From sequence record PV654397.1: DNA of 64,000 nt. The stretch is one strand, 5' to 3'. The notes under the pieces were generated by a model that did no database searches, had not been told where the DNA came from, and saw nothing but the letters and a program-made list of their open reading frames with translations. The position numbers were made by a program, and so were the translations under genes. Within the stretch, counting starts at the first letter, position 1; each line of letters begins with the position of its first letter. Below, piece by piece: positions 48,846 to 57,749 of this stretch.

Positions 48846-49625
48846 ATGTTTACATATGTAAAAGGTAGTTCTAAAGAAAATTATGAATTGGGTAACATCA
48901 TCTCCAACCCAGTTGGTGTTAAGGGTTTAAAAGAACGCCCTGGGGCAACTCCAGATGATGAACAAACATATCGTTATTTGTACAGTGATATTCGTGCACT
49001 TTATGGTATTTCAAGTAAAGATGGTTCTGAAATTGAACCTAATAACGCTGTTCGCAAAGAAGAGGGTTTCTGGTGGTTGGAATATAAGAATGTTGGTAAT
49101 GTGAACGCAATTAATGAGAATTTGGAATATATTAAACTACAAGATAGTAATCAACCAGTCATCACATTCTTAGAAGAAGCAGAAGGTGAATATAAAGAGT
49201 TAACAGTACTGAAAACTTATAATTATGTTGATATGGACATTGCAGCAGTTAAATCTGATCTGAAAGCACGCACAGTATCATCTCGTAGTGATCGTATTAA
49301 TGCTGGTTATATGTTTAACGGTCATCGTTATAGTACTGATCTAGCTGGTCGTCAAATGCTTCTTAATTATTATACACAAGTAACTTCCGGTTCTGATAGC
49401 GTTTCGATTTTCCTTGATGACGCAATTGTAAAACTATCTGCTGCTGAAATGACTCAACTATACACTGAAGCATTTGCTATGGTTGAATCCCTATTTGCAG
49501 AGTGTAATAAGCAATGTGCTGACATTGATGCAGTTCCTGATGCTGATGAAGATGCAATTTATAAAGCACAACAGGCGGCTGTATGGGTATATGAAGGTAT
49601 TGATATTCCTGAGCGTACTCGTTAA
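48846..49625 (+). CDS. Tail fibre assembly chaperone-like protein (DUF4376-like C-terminus)
   Basis: RSDRINAGYMFNGHRYSTDLAGRQML and downstream helices; directly after the fibres. Confidence 0.6.
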   Translation: MFTYVKGSSKENYELGNIISNPVGVKGLKERPGATPDDEQTYRYLYSDIRALYGISSKDGSEIEPNNAVRKEEGFWWLEYKNVGNVNAINENLEYIKLQDSNQPVITFLEEAEGEYKELTVLKTYNYVDMDIAAVKSDLKARTVSSRSDRINAGYMFNGHRYSTDLAGRQMLLNYYTQVTSGSDSVSIFLDDAIVKLSAAEMTQLYTEAFAMVESLFAECNKQCADIDAVPDADEDAIYKAQQAAVWVYEGIDIPERTR

Positions 49626-49639
49626 TTTATATTTTTTTT

Positions 49640-49669
49640 AAAGGTCAACTATGGTTGGCCTTTTCTTTT
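49640..49669 (+). terminator. Intrinsic terminator
   Basis: AAAGGTCAAC-TATG-GTTGGCCTTT then TCTTTT. Confidence 0.8.
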
Positions 49670-49717
49670 ATCTAAAATAAATACTTAATATATAATCTAT
49701 TCTGAGGAAATATTTAA

Positions 49718-51682
49718 ATGAGTATAAATCGAATTAGAGGTGATGGTGGTGTAATTATAGATAGTCAGGCATTTCTAGAATTACCTAAAGCACCGACTAA
49801 AGAAACCGCTGATGTGGTTAGATCAGGGATGATTAGATACAATAAAGGATGGAAAGCATTTGAAGGTGTACTAGACTTTGAAGATGGTTCAATGGCATAT
49901 CGACGTTTTGCAAACCTAGATGCAAACGGTAAACTTCTTACTTCCCAATTACCAGATTCAGTAACTAGTGGTTTACAATTTGTTGGTACATATAATCCCA
50001 TCCCAGATGATATCGATCCACCTTTAGCACAAACTCCACTACCAGCACCATCACCATCGCTTAATGGTGATTATTATGTCGTTCGTGGTATAATGGATGC
50101 CGCACAAGCACATTATGAAGCAAATAATCCACAAACAAGTCCTGTTACATTTACACCTACAAATCCAACTGGACAAGGTAATTGGATTGAAATTTTATAT
50201 TATGTTGACTCTAATCCAAATATTTCTGGTGCTAAACTAGTAACATACGCTTTTGCTAGAATTATTACTGCATCTATTCCCAGTACTGGACATGATGGCC
50301 TTGAAAATTTAGCAACAGATACTGACTTGACCAAACCATTTGCATCTGGTGTTCCAATGAACCAAACTGCACTTTCAGATGGCGATTGGATTATTATAAC
50401 TGAAGATAAGAATATACGTCTTCGTCAGTCAAGAACAAGCATTTCCGCTGCTTCAGTATTATATGACAATACTGTAATGATTGCAAATCATCGTCAATTT
50501 AGAACAAACGCAGGGACCGTTCAAACATCCATAGATAACGTTGTGATTGAGTGTTTACGTAGAACTGGCGATTCCATGTATAATGATGGAACAGACGGCT
50601 CTGGGCGTTTTGGTGTGGTGTATGGCAGTGCAGCAGCACCAGCATTGACATTTAATAATAATCCGTTTGACCCAACGAACAACCCAGGTAATGACCCAAC
50701 TAAGTGGTCCGATGCTAATACTGGTATATTCCATCCAGCAGATGATGCAATTGGTTTTACAACAGCCGGAACTGAGCGTGTTAGAATTAATAATGGAACA
50801 TTAACATTATTCCAAACTACCGCTACACCAGCAGCTACGCCAGTAATACGTTTTGATAATGCATCAAACACAAACGTAGGGATAAGTGCAAGTAGTAATA
50901 TTATTTCTTTAAGTTCAATGAATAAAGTTCAAGTTGAATTTAAAAATGGTGAATCACATTTTCATGGAAATATTATTGTAGATGGATCAACATCACTAAC
51001 TGGTGATTTAAACGCAGGTAACATCACTGCCAGCGGGAATTTAGTTGTTAAAGGTAATACAACACTAGGCGACACTACTGGTGACACTATTACAGTTAAT
51101 GGTGTTAGTACTTATAATGCAAATACTAATTTCAATGGAACTAATAACAAATTCAAAAACATAAACTTACTAGAGAATGGTGTATTCACATTAGAAAGTA
51201 CTACAAACCAAAGTGATATAAAACTACTTGGTGCAGACTTACGTTTCACTATGGGAAGTTATGCTGATGTAAGTATATATGATAACGGTGTTATTCGTAC
51301 TCGTTTCAACCGATATGGTATTCAATTACCAGTACTGGCTACAATTGATAACTCAGTTGGTGTTGATGGTATGATTGCATACTCAAATACCGAACGTACA
51401 TCGATGCAGAAGGTCCAAGGACAATGGGTTCCAATTGGTTCTGGTTCTGTACGTACTGACCCGTTTACTGCGTCAGCGTGGGTTTTAAACGGCTCATATT
51501 ACACATTAACAGTAACTGCTAGTAACATAGTAACTGCTGAAATTCAAGAACTCGTAAGTACTGGTGTTTACACTCGTGTTGAAGTTGATAGTGTCACATT
51601 CAATGGAACAAGCGTAGTGTTCAGTATTCCTGCAACTCCTGATGTGAGATTTGCCGGACGTACACTGGTTACATTAAGATAA
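49718..51682 (+). CDS. Virion fibre/structural protein
   Basis: GSAAAPALTF..D.NTGIFHPADDAIGFTTAGTERVRI fibre motif; late promoter AATAAATA at 49676-49683. Confidence 0.6.
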   Translation: MSINRIRGDGGVIIDSQAFLELPKAPTKETADVVRSGMIRYNKGWKAFEGVLDFEDGSMAYRRFANLDANGKLLTSQLPDSVTSGLQFVGTYNPIPDDIDPPLAQTPLPAPSPSLNGDYYVVRGIMDAAQAHYEANNPQTSPVTFTPTNPTGQGNWIEILYYVDSNPNISGAKLVTYAFARIITASIPSTGHDGLENLATDTDLTKPFASGVPMNQTALSDGDWIIITEDKNIRLRQSRTSISAASVLYDNTVMIANHRQFRTNAGTVQTSIDNVVIECLRRTGDSMYNDGTDGSGRFGVVYGSAAAPALTFNNNPFDPTNNPGNDPTKWSDANTGIFHPADDAIGFTTAGTERVRINNGTLTLFQTTATPAATPVIRFDNASNTNVGISASSNIISLSSMNKVQVEFKNGESHFHGNIIVDGSTSLTGDLNAGNITASGNLVVKGNTTLGDTTGDTITVNGVSTYNANTNFNGTNNKFKNINLLENGVFTLESTTNQSDIKLLGADLRFTMGSYADVSIYDNGVIRTRFNRYGIQLPVLATIDNSVGVDGMIAYSNTERTSMQKVQGQWVPIGSGSVRTDPFTASAWVLNGSYYTLTVTASNIVTAEIQELVSTGVYTRVEVDSVTFNGTSVVFSIPATPDVRFAGRTLVTLR

Positions 51683-51683
51683 T

Positions 51684-51714
51684 AAAAAAGGGAGACATAA
51701 GTCTCCCTTTTCTT
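51684..51714. terminator. Bidirectional intrinsic terminator
   Basis: AAAAAA-GGGAGAC-ATAA-GTCTCCC-TTTT between convergent genes. Confidence 0.88.
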
Positions 51715-52644
51715 TTATACAGCCATTGGTGCTTTGATTGTTGGCATTGGATCGTAATTAACTAATTTGAAAGAATCCATAGTGAAATCTTCAATATCAG
51801 TAATAGTAGGATCTAGCCATAATTCTGGTAATGTACGTGGTTCACGTTGGAGTTGCTCTTTTACTTGTTCAATATGGTTTTGATAGATATGGCAGTCGCC
51901 ACCATTCCAAATAAATTCACCAACATCTAACCCTGTAATTTGTGCAATCATATGAGTTAGTAGTGAGTAACTACTAATATTAAATGGTACACCAAGGAAT
52001 AGATCAGCACTACGTTGATGAAGAATACAACTTAGTTTACCCTGTACAACACAAAACTGCACAAAGCTATGACAGGGTGGCAAAGTCATAGCATCAAGCT
52101 CACCAACGTTCCATGCACTTAGAATGTGACGACGACCGTATGGATCAGTATTGATACCTTCAATAACTTGTTTTAGCTGGTCAGTTACACGACGCATAAT
52201 AACACCATGTGAACCAGTATAATCAATAACTTTATACCCTTTATCTTTTAGTTCTTGAATTTCTTCAGTACTGGAACTGAATTTATAATCTTCCCATTCA
52301 CGCCATTGTTTACCATAAACTGGGCCAAGCTCACCATCAGAATACCCAAGGCTTACACCTTGATTAAGGTAGTTGTCTGTCCAAATTGTTTTCTTTTCTA
52401 CATCACGTGTCCCGTGTAAAATTTCACACAGACGACGCTCATCGTGAGAACCTTCAATAAACCATAACAATTCTGAAGTCATTGCTTTCCAAGCCAAACG
52501 TTTAGTAGTTACTGCTGGGAAACCTTCTTTTAGGTCAAAACGCATTTGTTGTCCGATTAGCTTGATAGTGCCAACACCAGTACGATCAACGCTTTCGACA
52601 CCTTGATCCAGAATTCTTTGATATAGTTCTTGTAGTTGTTTCAT
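51715..52644 (-). CDS. thyA: Thymidylate synthase
   Basis: DRTGVGT, FPAVTTK, LGPVYGKQWR, RRHILSAWN, LPPCH, QRSADLFLGVPFN, GDCHIY; no intron. Confidence 0.97.
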   Translation of the reverse strand: MKQLQELYQRILDQGVESVDRTGVGTIKLIGQQMRFDLKEGFPAVTTKRLAWKAMTSELLWFIEGSHDERRLCEILHGTRDVEKKTIWTDNYLNQGVSLGYSDGELGPVYGKQWREWEDYKFSSSTEEIQELKDKGYKVIDYTGSHGVIMRRVTDQLKQVIEGINTDPYGRRHILSAWNVGELDAMTLPPCHSFVQFCVVQGKLSCILHQRSADLFLGVPFNISSYSLLTHMIAQITGLDVGEFIWNGGDCHIYQNHIEQVKEQLQREPRTLPELWLDPTITDIEDFTMDSFKLVNYDPMPTIKAPMAV

Positions 52645-53237
52645 TTTACGTCCTTGAAAAATGTAATAAAGTGTTCCATGTGTTTTTGTGTAGCATTACG
52701 TGAACCAATCCCAGTCCAGTTACCGTGTGGTGCTGGTATTGAGAATGTTTCAGTAAACTCTTTCAGTACTGTATCATAATAAAATACAGAGCGAGTGTTC
52801 ATATCATAACAATATATTTCTGGATTGTCAACTGAATCCATATACATCTGTACGGCCCATGCAGTTCCACCTGAAACTTGCGTAGGTGATGTAATATTTG
52901 CAATACAATATACTCTTTTTGTATTAAGTATCTGATAACTATTCCTTGCAAGTAAGTTATATACATACGAACCAGGCTTAGGAACTTTACGGCGTAAAGA
53001 GTAACATGCAATGTTTAATTGTTTTAATATTGAACTATCACAAAGGATATTGGGTGGAATTTCTAATATAGTATTTTCATCTACGCTGCTTTGGTGACCC
53101 TTGAATGAAAAATTTATTACTTCAAATCCATTGTCTTTTGCATAGATAGAAAAAAGGCGGTCAGCACCTGCTGCCCCGCCACTGAAACATACATTAGATA
53201 AACCATTGATTGCTTCATCTAATTCTATTTTATTCAT
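52641..53237 (-). CDS. SLOG (SMF/DprA-LOG/YpsA)-fold protein, putative nucleotide-binding
   Basis: VCFSGGAAGAD, LLARN, SGGTAWAV motifs; ATGA overlap with thyA. Confidence 0.55.
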   Translation of the reverse strand: MNKIELDEAINGLSNVCFSGGAAGADRLFSIYAKDNGFEVINFSFKGHQSSVDENTILEIPPNILCDSSILKQLNIACYSLRRKVPKPGSYVYNLLARNSYQILNTKRVYCIANITSPTQVSGGTAWAVQMYMDSVDNPEIYCYDMNTRSVFYYDTVLKEFTETFSIPAPHGNWTGIGSRNATQKHMEHFITFFKDVK

Positions 53238-53242
53238 TTATA

Positions 53243-53896
53243 TTATTTTGCTTTACGTTCTGCAAATGCCTGTTTAACTTTCTCAATTGCTTTGGTTTGT
53301 GAAATTCCTTCTGGGATTTCAATATAGAAAGTTTTGCTATCAGGTGCTACAGGTGTTGCTTGAACTTGTGGACGTAGAGATGGTTCTAAGTTGTAAGCAC
53401 GTTCAAAGTGCTCTTTAGCCAACTGCTCATAACGTTGTGCATCTTTAAGTAGTTGCTCAACAATGGTAGCTTCTTCAACAGAAGTATCAACTTCTTGTGG
53501 CTTGAATGGGTTGTATTCTTTAACTTTACCATCTTCATGTTTTTTAGCATCATTATCATTGATTGCGTTGTTTAGAACATCAAGAGAAATCTTACTGTTT
53601 CCACCAACATGCATATCAATATCACAAGTACGTGCACGACGCAAATGTTGTAGATTATGAAGAACATCTAGCATTTTGCGACCGTCTAGATGACCAATCT
53701 TATGCATAACTTCCCACAAATCTACATTCGATTGACCTTGATTCATTACTAAATCTGCAACAGATTGAGCATATGCTTCAGGAAGTGAATCGCGATAAAC
53801 AATGAGACAATGTTCTGGATCATCAGGGAGTGAACGCCATACCACAAATACTCGTGAACCCGTATTACGTACTACACCAACGTGACGAATAGCCAT
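53243..53896 (-). CDS. Hypothetical protein
   Basis: 217-aa ORF with SD (AGGAG), tightly packed in the thyA operon. Confidence 0.7.
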   Translation of the reverse strand: MAIRHVGVVRNTGSRVFVVWRSLPDDPEHCLIVYRDSLPEAYAQSVADLVMNQGQSNVDLWEVMHKIGHLDGRKMLDVLHNLQHLRRARTCDIDMHVGGNSKISLDVLNNAINDNDAKKHEDGKVKEYNPFKPQEVDTSVEEATIVEQLLKDAQRYEQLAKEHFERAYNLEPSLRPQVQATPVAPDSKTFYIEIPEGISQTKAIEKVKQAFAERKAK

Positions 53897-53898
53897 TA

Positions 53899-54129
53899 TT
53901 ATTCTCCTTTATTTTGTTCAGCAGCAGCTTGTGCAGCATCAGCTTCTTCTTGTGCTTTGATATCTTCGAGTGCAGAGTTGGCAAACTCAACAAACTTAGA
54001 TACGACTGGAGCAACATCAACAAGTTCTTCGACTTTAAATGAATTACGAGCCACAGCAGCTTCCATGATTTTAGCAGCGTTGATTAGGTCGATTAGTGTT
54101 AGTTGAATTTTTTCTGGTTCTTGTTCCAT
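53899..54129 (-). CDS. Small hypothetical protein (76 aa)
   Basis: Start reassigned to ATG 54129 after GGAG; first gene after the promoter at 54164-54191. Confidence 0.65.
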   Translation of the reverse strand: MEQEPEKIQLTLIDLINAAKIMEAAVARNSFKVEELVDVAPVVSKFVEFANSALEDIKAQEEADAAQAAAEQNKGE

Positions 54130-54163
54130 TTTAATACTCTCCATGTATGTTGTTACAAATATA

Positions 54164-54191
54164 ATTATATCACCTTTTTCCAAGCTGTCCC
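54164..54191 (-). promoter_or_regulatory. Promoter of the thyA operon (GGGACA-N16-TATAAT)
   Basis: GGGACA gcttggaaaaaggtga TATAAT. Confidence 0.65.
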
Positions 54192-54195
54192 GCTG

Positions 54196-54226
54196 AAAAA
54201 AGTAGAGAACGGAATTTTCCGTTCTC
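54196..54226 (-). terminator. Intrinsic terminator after the vWA gene
   Basis: GAGAACGGA-AAAT-TCCGTTCTC then TACTTTTTT on the minus strand. Confidence 0.85.
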
Positions 54227-54238
54227 ATTATTTAGTAC

Positions 54239-55648
54239 TTAGCTACGTTGACGCTTTTTGTCAGCTTCATATTCGTAGTGTACAGTTTCGCCAAATGGTG
54301 CTTGTTTGTTAGGATTACTGTGGATAACAAACAGTGTCTTACAGTAATCAGGATCACCCCATGACTGCCACGGCTCACCATCTGTAAACATAATAAGCTG
54401 TTTAGGCTTATAGTTGTCATGCTTCATATGAACCCATACTGCTTCAAAGTCAGTACCACCACCACCTTTCACTGGATATTCGAGAATCTTACTCTCTTCA
54501 CCAGTTTTGTAATCTTTCACAGTATAAACTTCAGTATCGAACGTCATGATACGGATTTTAAATTGTTTAAACTGCTTAGTGATACCCAGTACTTCACTGA
54601 TGAAATCACGGAGCATATCTTCAGAGATAGAACCGGATGCATCTAGTGCAATTGCAATATCAATATCATCATCTGGTTTCATACCAGGGAAGATTGGATT
54701 CCCGTAGAATGAACCAGAACTACCAAAACCAGCACCCCATGAACGACGATTAGGATTTTGATAAGTTGCATCAGACTTCAACCAGCTACGCAGTGTGCGG
54801 TGAAGTTTAGAACGCCAGTCGATCTTTGGTTCTTTGAAGTTGTTAATCATACGTGCGATTTCAGCAGGAGTACCACCTGCACGAGCAGCATTCATCATTG
54901 CTGTTTTGAAATCATCCATATAATCACGTTTTTGTTTATCACTTGAACCACCTTCTTGACCTTCTTGTGGAACGTCATGCTGGTCGATTGTTGTACCTTT
55001 GCCTTTACCATCTTTGATATCACCAAAAGTACCGCGTGATTTACCTTCACCCTCACCACTACCAGCCTGTGGATTTCCTTCACCTTCTCCGTCTTGATCC
55101 TGCTTATCTTCTTCTTCGAGAATGTTATAAATCTCTTCAGCAGTCATACCATCGTACTTTTTATCGTACAGCCATTGGCTTTGGATTTTACCAATTTTAT
55201 CACGAACAAGAATCTGGTTAATTGCATAGTCAGCAGCACGGTTATAACGCTGCGGGTCACGCATACCACGACGCAAGAAGTGGTCATATGCACAGTGAAG
55301 AATTTCATGACAGATAACTGCAATCAGGTTTTCATCAGTCAAACCTTCTGTCATTTCTTTAAGTTGTTCTTCAGTTACTTCAGGATGTTTCTCACGAATT
55401 GCTTCTTCGTATGCTGACTTTTTGGATTGGTCCTGAATACCCATGATGAATTCTACGTTGTAGAATAAATGCTTACCATCTACAGCCAAAGTACGACACC
55501 ATGTGTTGTTTGCAACTGGACGCAGACGAGAAGCCAGTACACCAAAGAATGGGAATGTTAGCATTAAAGATGTGCGAGCTAAGATCAGACGATCTTGACA
55601 TTCTTTCTGGAGAGCCGGAGTAACATCACTGAAACGTTTATCTGACAT
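54239..55648 (-). CDS. HExxH metallopeptidase-like plus vWA domain protein (DUF2201-like)
   Basis: CHEILHC, acidic G/E/Q linker, IALDASGSI MIDAS motif, GGGTDF, MFTDG. Confidence 0.85.
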   Translation of the reverse strand: MSDKRFSDVTPALQKECQDRLILARTSLMLTFPFFGVLASRLRPVANNTWCRTLAVDGKHLFYNVEFIMGIQDQSKKSAYEEAIREKHPEVTEEQLKEMTEGLTDENLIAVICHEILHCAYDHFLRRGMRDPQRYNRAADYAINQILVRDKIGKIQSQWLYDKKYDGMTAEEIYNILEEEDKQDQDGEGEGNPQAGSGEGEGKSRGTFGDIKDGKGKGTTIDQHDVPQEGQEGGSSDKQKRDYMDDFKTAMMNAARAGGTPAEIARMINNFKEPKIDWRSKLHRTLRSWLKSDATYQNPNRRSWGAGFGSSGSFYGNPIFPGMKPDDDIDIAIALDASGSISEDMLRDFISEVLGITKQFKQFKIRIMTFDTEVYTVKDYKTGEESKILEYPVKGGGGTDFEAVWVHMKHDNYKPKQLIMFTDGEPWQSWGDPDYCKTLFVIHSNPNKQAPFGETVHYEYEADKKRQRS

Positions 55649-55673
55649 TTGTATTTCCTCGTTTAGTTAAGAT

Positions 55674-55708
55674 AAAAGAAGGATACCATGTGGTATCCTC
55701 CTTGTCAA
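55674..55708 (-). promoter_or_regulatory. Terminator hairpin overlapping a sigma70 promoter between the MoxR and vWA genes
   Basis: AGGATACC-4nt-GGTATCCT then TCTTTT on the minus strand; the same bases read TTGACA-N17-TATCCT. Confidence 0.6.
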
Positions 55709-55723
55709 CACTCTTTTTAATTA

Positions 55724-57052
55724 TTAACCAAGAGAGCGTGCTTTACGTACTAGGTCAGAGTACTTCATAACGAAGTCTTTAAACGCTGGTACATCTTTAA
55801 TCGTAATCGCTACTTTATGAAGCGTGATGGTACGAATCGCCAGTACTGCCAGTTCTGCTTGAGTTGCAGAGAAGTTATGGTCTAGGAAGGTGATGAAGTT
55901 GTTGCACAGCTTACCCCAATCTTCCACTGGTAGACGTTGTTCTTGCTTCTCATTGTAGAGGTCGATAATTTTGTAAACCAGATTCAGAGTGATGAAGTAG
56001 TTCGCGGAAATATCAAGCGAAGCATCAATCTCTTTAATCTCACCCTGTAGGATGGACATGGTATCTGGTAGTTTAGCTACGTTATCAACATACTCGATGT
56101 ATTCAGTTGCTACGCCTTCACCAACACGACCTGCAATCATCGCACGGAACACTTCTTTATCAATGTTCTTAACTTTCTTCAGATCTTCGTAGCGTGCTAC
56201 TGCTTCCCATGAACGTGGAGAAGTACCACCACAGTGAGAAGGATCTTGTGGGCTAAGGGTGTTGAAGTGTTTAGCACCAGTGTTGTTGATGAACGCTACA
56301 GTTGCTGGGTTCAAACGCTTACCAATCGCATAATCGTTAATCCAATCTTGATGATAAGGAATCATTTCGATGTGGGTCATACGGTCACGCAGTGGTGTAG
56401 CTAGAGAGAACGTTACACCGCCATCAGTTTCACGGTTACCTGCTGCGAGAATCAGTGCAGTCTTAGGTAGCTTCATCTCACCAACACAACGGTCGAGGAT
56501 TAGCTGATAAGACGCTGCCTGTACAATCGGCATTGCAGAGTTGATTTCGTCAAACAGAATAACACCTTTCCAATCTGGAGACAGTTTCAGTACTTTAGGT
56601 GCTGCCCACACAACTGCTGTTTCAGCGATGTAATCTTGTGCACTAGCCAGTTCAGATTCAATCAGTTGCTTACCATCCATATCAAGGAACACTTTCTCTG
56701 GAACTGGGATACCGCGAAGGTCACTTGGTTCAATCTGAGACAAACGGAAATCGATAAAGTTAGTGTCTTGGTCGATTAGTTTGGCTTCAAACGCTGCCAG
56801 TTCACGGCGAAGTTGATCAGCATTTTCAGTATCAGCTTCGATTTGTTGTTTCATGAACTCAATTTTTGCCACGTTATCTTTACGCAGTGGGTAGTTCTCA
56901 TCAGCGTATTGACGTGCGATAGCAGATTTACCGATACCAGGGCTACCCCAAATCATCAGGCTATCTTGAATCATGTCAGCCAGTGCCATTGCTTCTTTAG
57001 CTTTCTTAGGAGTCAGTTTTACGTTCAGGATATCGTTGTTTTGAGTAGACAT
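55724..57052 (-). CDS. MoxR-family AAA+ ATPase
   Basis: Walker A GSPGIGKS, Walker B ILFDEIN, AAGNRETD sensor 1, LATPLRDR arginine finger, SPRSWE; adjacent vWA partner. Confidence 0.85.
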   Translation of the reverse strand: MSTQNNDILNVKLTPKKAKEAMALADMIQDSLMIWGSPGIGKSAIARQYADENYPLRKDNVAKIEFMKQQIEADTENADQLRRELAAFEAKLIDQDTNFIDFRLSQIEPSDLRGIPVPEKVFLDMDGKQLIESELASAQDYIAETAVVWAAPKVLKLSPDWKGVILFDEINSAMPIVQAASYQLILDRCVGEMKLPKTALILAAGNRETDGGVTFSLATPLRDRMTHIEMIPYHQDWINDYAIGKRLNPATVAFINNTGAKHFNTLSPQDPSHCGGTSPRSWEAVARYEDLKKVKNIDKEVFRAMIAGRVGEGVATEYIEYVDNVAKLPDTMSILQGEIKEIDASLDISANYFITLNLVYKIIDLYNEKQEQRLPVEDWGKLCNNFITFLDHNFSATQAELAVLAIRTITLHKVAITIKDVPAFKDFVMKYSDLVRKARSLG

Positions 57053-57092
57053 GTATATTTTCCTTTTGTTGGATAAAATCGTTTAGGTTTCT

Positions 57093-57121
57093 ATTATAGC
57101 CAATCCGTGGGCAAAAGTAAA
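57093..57121 (-). promoter_or_regulatory. sigma70 promoter P1 (TTTACT-N17-TATAAT)
   Basis: -10 about 40 bp upstream of the MoxR start. Confidence 0.6.
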
Positions 57122-57223
57122 GGAACTGTGTTAAAAGAATTTTTAACTTATCAGTTCCTTTGTTACTTCATGAATCATCCGTGTATTTAAAAAGGCATTT
57201 CTCTTTGCCGTCTTGATGTGGTC

Positions 57224-57251
57224 ATTATATCACATCGTTCAGGCTTGTCAA
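57224..57251 (-). promoter_or_regulatory. sigma70 promoter P2 (TTGACA-N16-TATAAT) with upstream A-tract
   Basis: TTGACA agcctgaacgatgtga TATAAT. Confidence 0.85.
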
Positions 57252-57315
57252 CAACTTTTTTATTTCTTTTTCAATCTCACATCTTGTGATTTTGAAAACT
57301 TGCTTCGTGGTGGTC

Positions 57316-57343
57316 ATTATAACACATCATTCGGCGTTGTCAA
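57316..57343 (-). promoter_or_regulatory. sigma70 promoter P3 (TTGACA-N16-TATAAT) with upstream A-tract
   Basis: TTGACA acgccgaatgatgtgt TATAAT; 92 bp from P2 and evidently a duplicate of it. Confidence 0.85.
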
Positions 57344-57368
57344 CATCTTTTTTTCTTTATTTTCGAAG

Positions 57369-57746
57369 CTACATGTGCATCGAAAATAACATTCTAAAAT
57401 CATCACCACACAATGTTAACTCTGTAACTATCATTGCGTCCGAGAGGTATATGTACTGCCCTTCTACATAGTAGGGTGAAGTACATATCCTATCAAGCGA
57501 TGTAAAGATTATAGAACTTTTGAACTCTCTTTGCAAGGGGATTTTTGTAAATTCGTAAAGAATGTTTTCTTTACAAATTGTATATCCAAACTTGCTAAGT
57601 CTTAAACCACCGCCAGTTCTGAAATTTTCAAAAATTGACATCAGAAGCATACGGTCTGTTAATTCAGCGTCTGATCCATGTACTTCTCTAACTTTTAAAA
57701 GTACATCGTTTTGAAATTCAGTACTGTTGTGTGGTTCAGGAATCAT
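57369..57746 (-). CDS. Hypothetical protein
   Basis: 125-aa ORF packed at the end of the minus-strand operon. Confidence 0.6.
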   Translation of the reverse strand: MIPEPHNSTEFQNDVLLKVREVHGSDAELTDRMLLMSIFENFRTGGGLRLSKFGYTICKENILYEFTKIPLQREFKSSIIFTSLDRICTSPYYVEGQYIYLSDAMIVTELTLCGDDFRMLFSMHM

Positions 57747-57749
57747 AAA

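Noticed and set aside
51715-52644. Group I intron in thymidylate synthase, as in T4 td
   Set aside because: The ORF is continuous with all motifs in one frame
57215-57289. CRP site at the TGTG/CACA palindromes
   Set aside because: Spacing (N8) and orientation (TCACA-N3-TGTGA) do not match TGTGA-N6-TCACA; kept only as generic operator candidates
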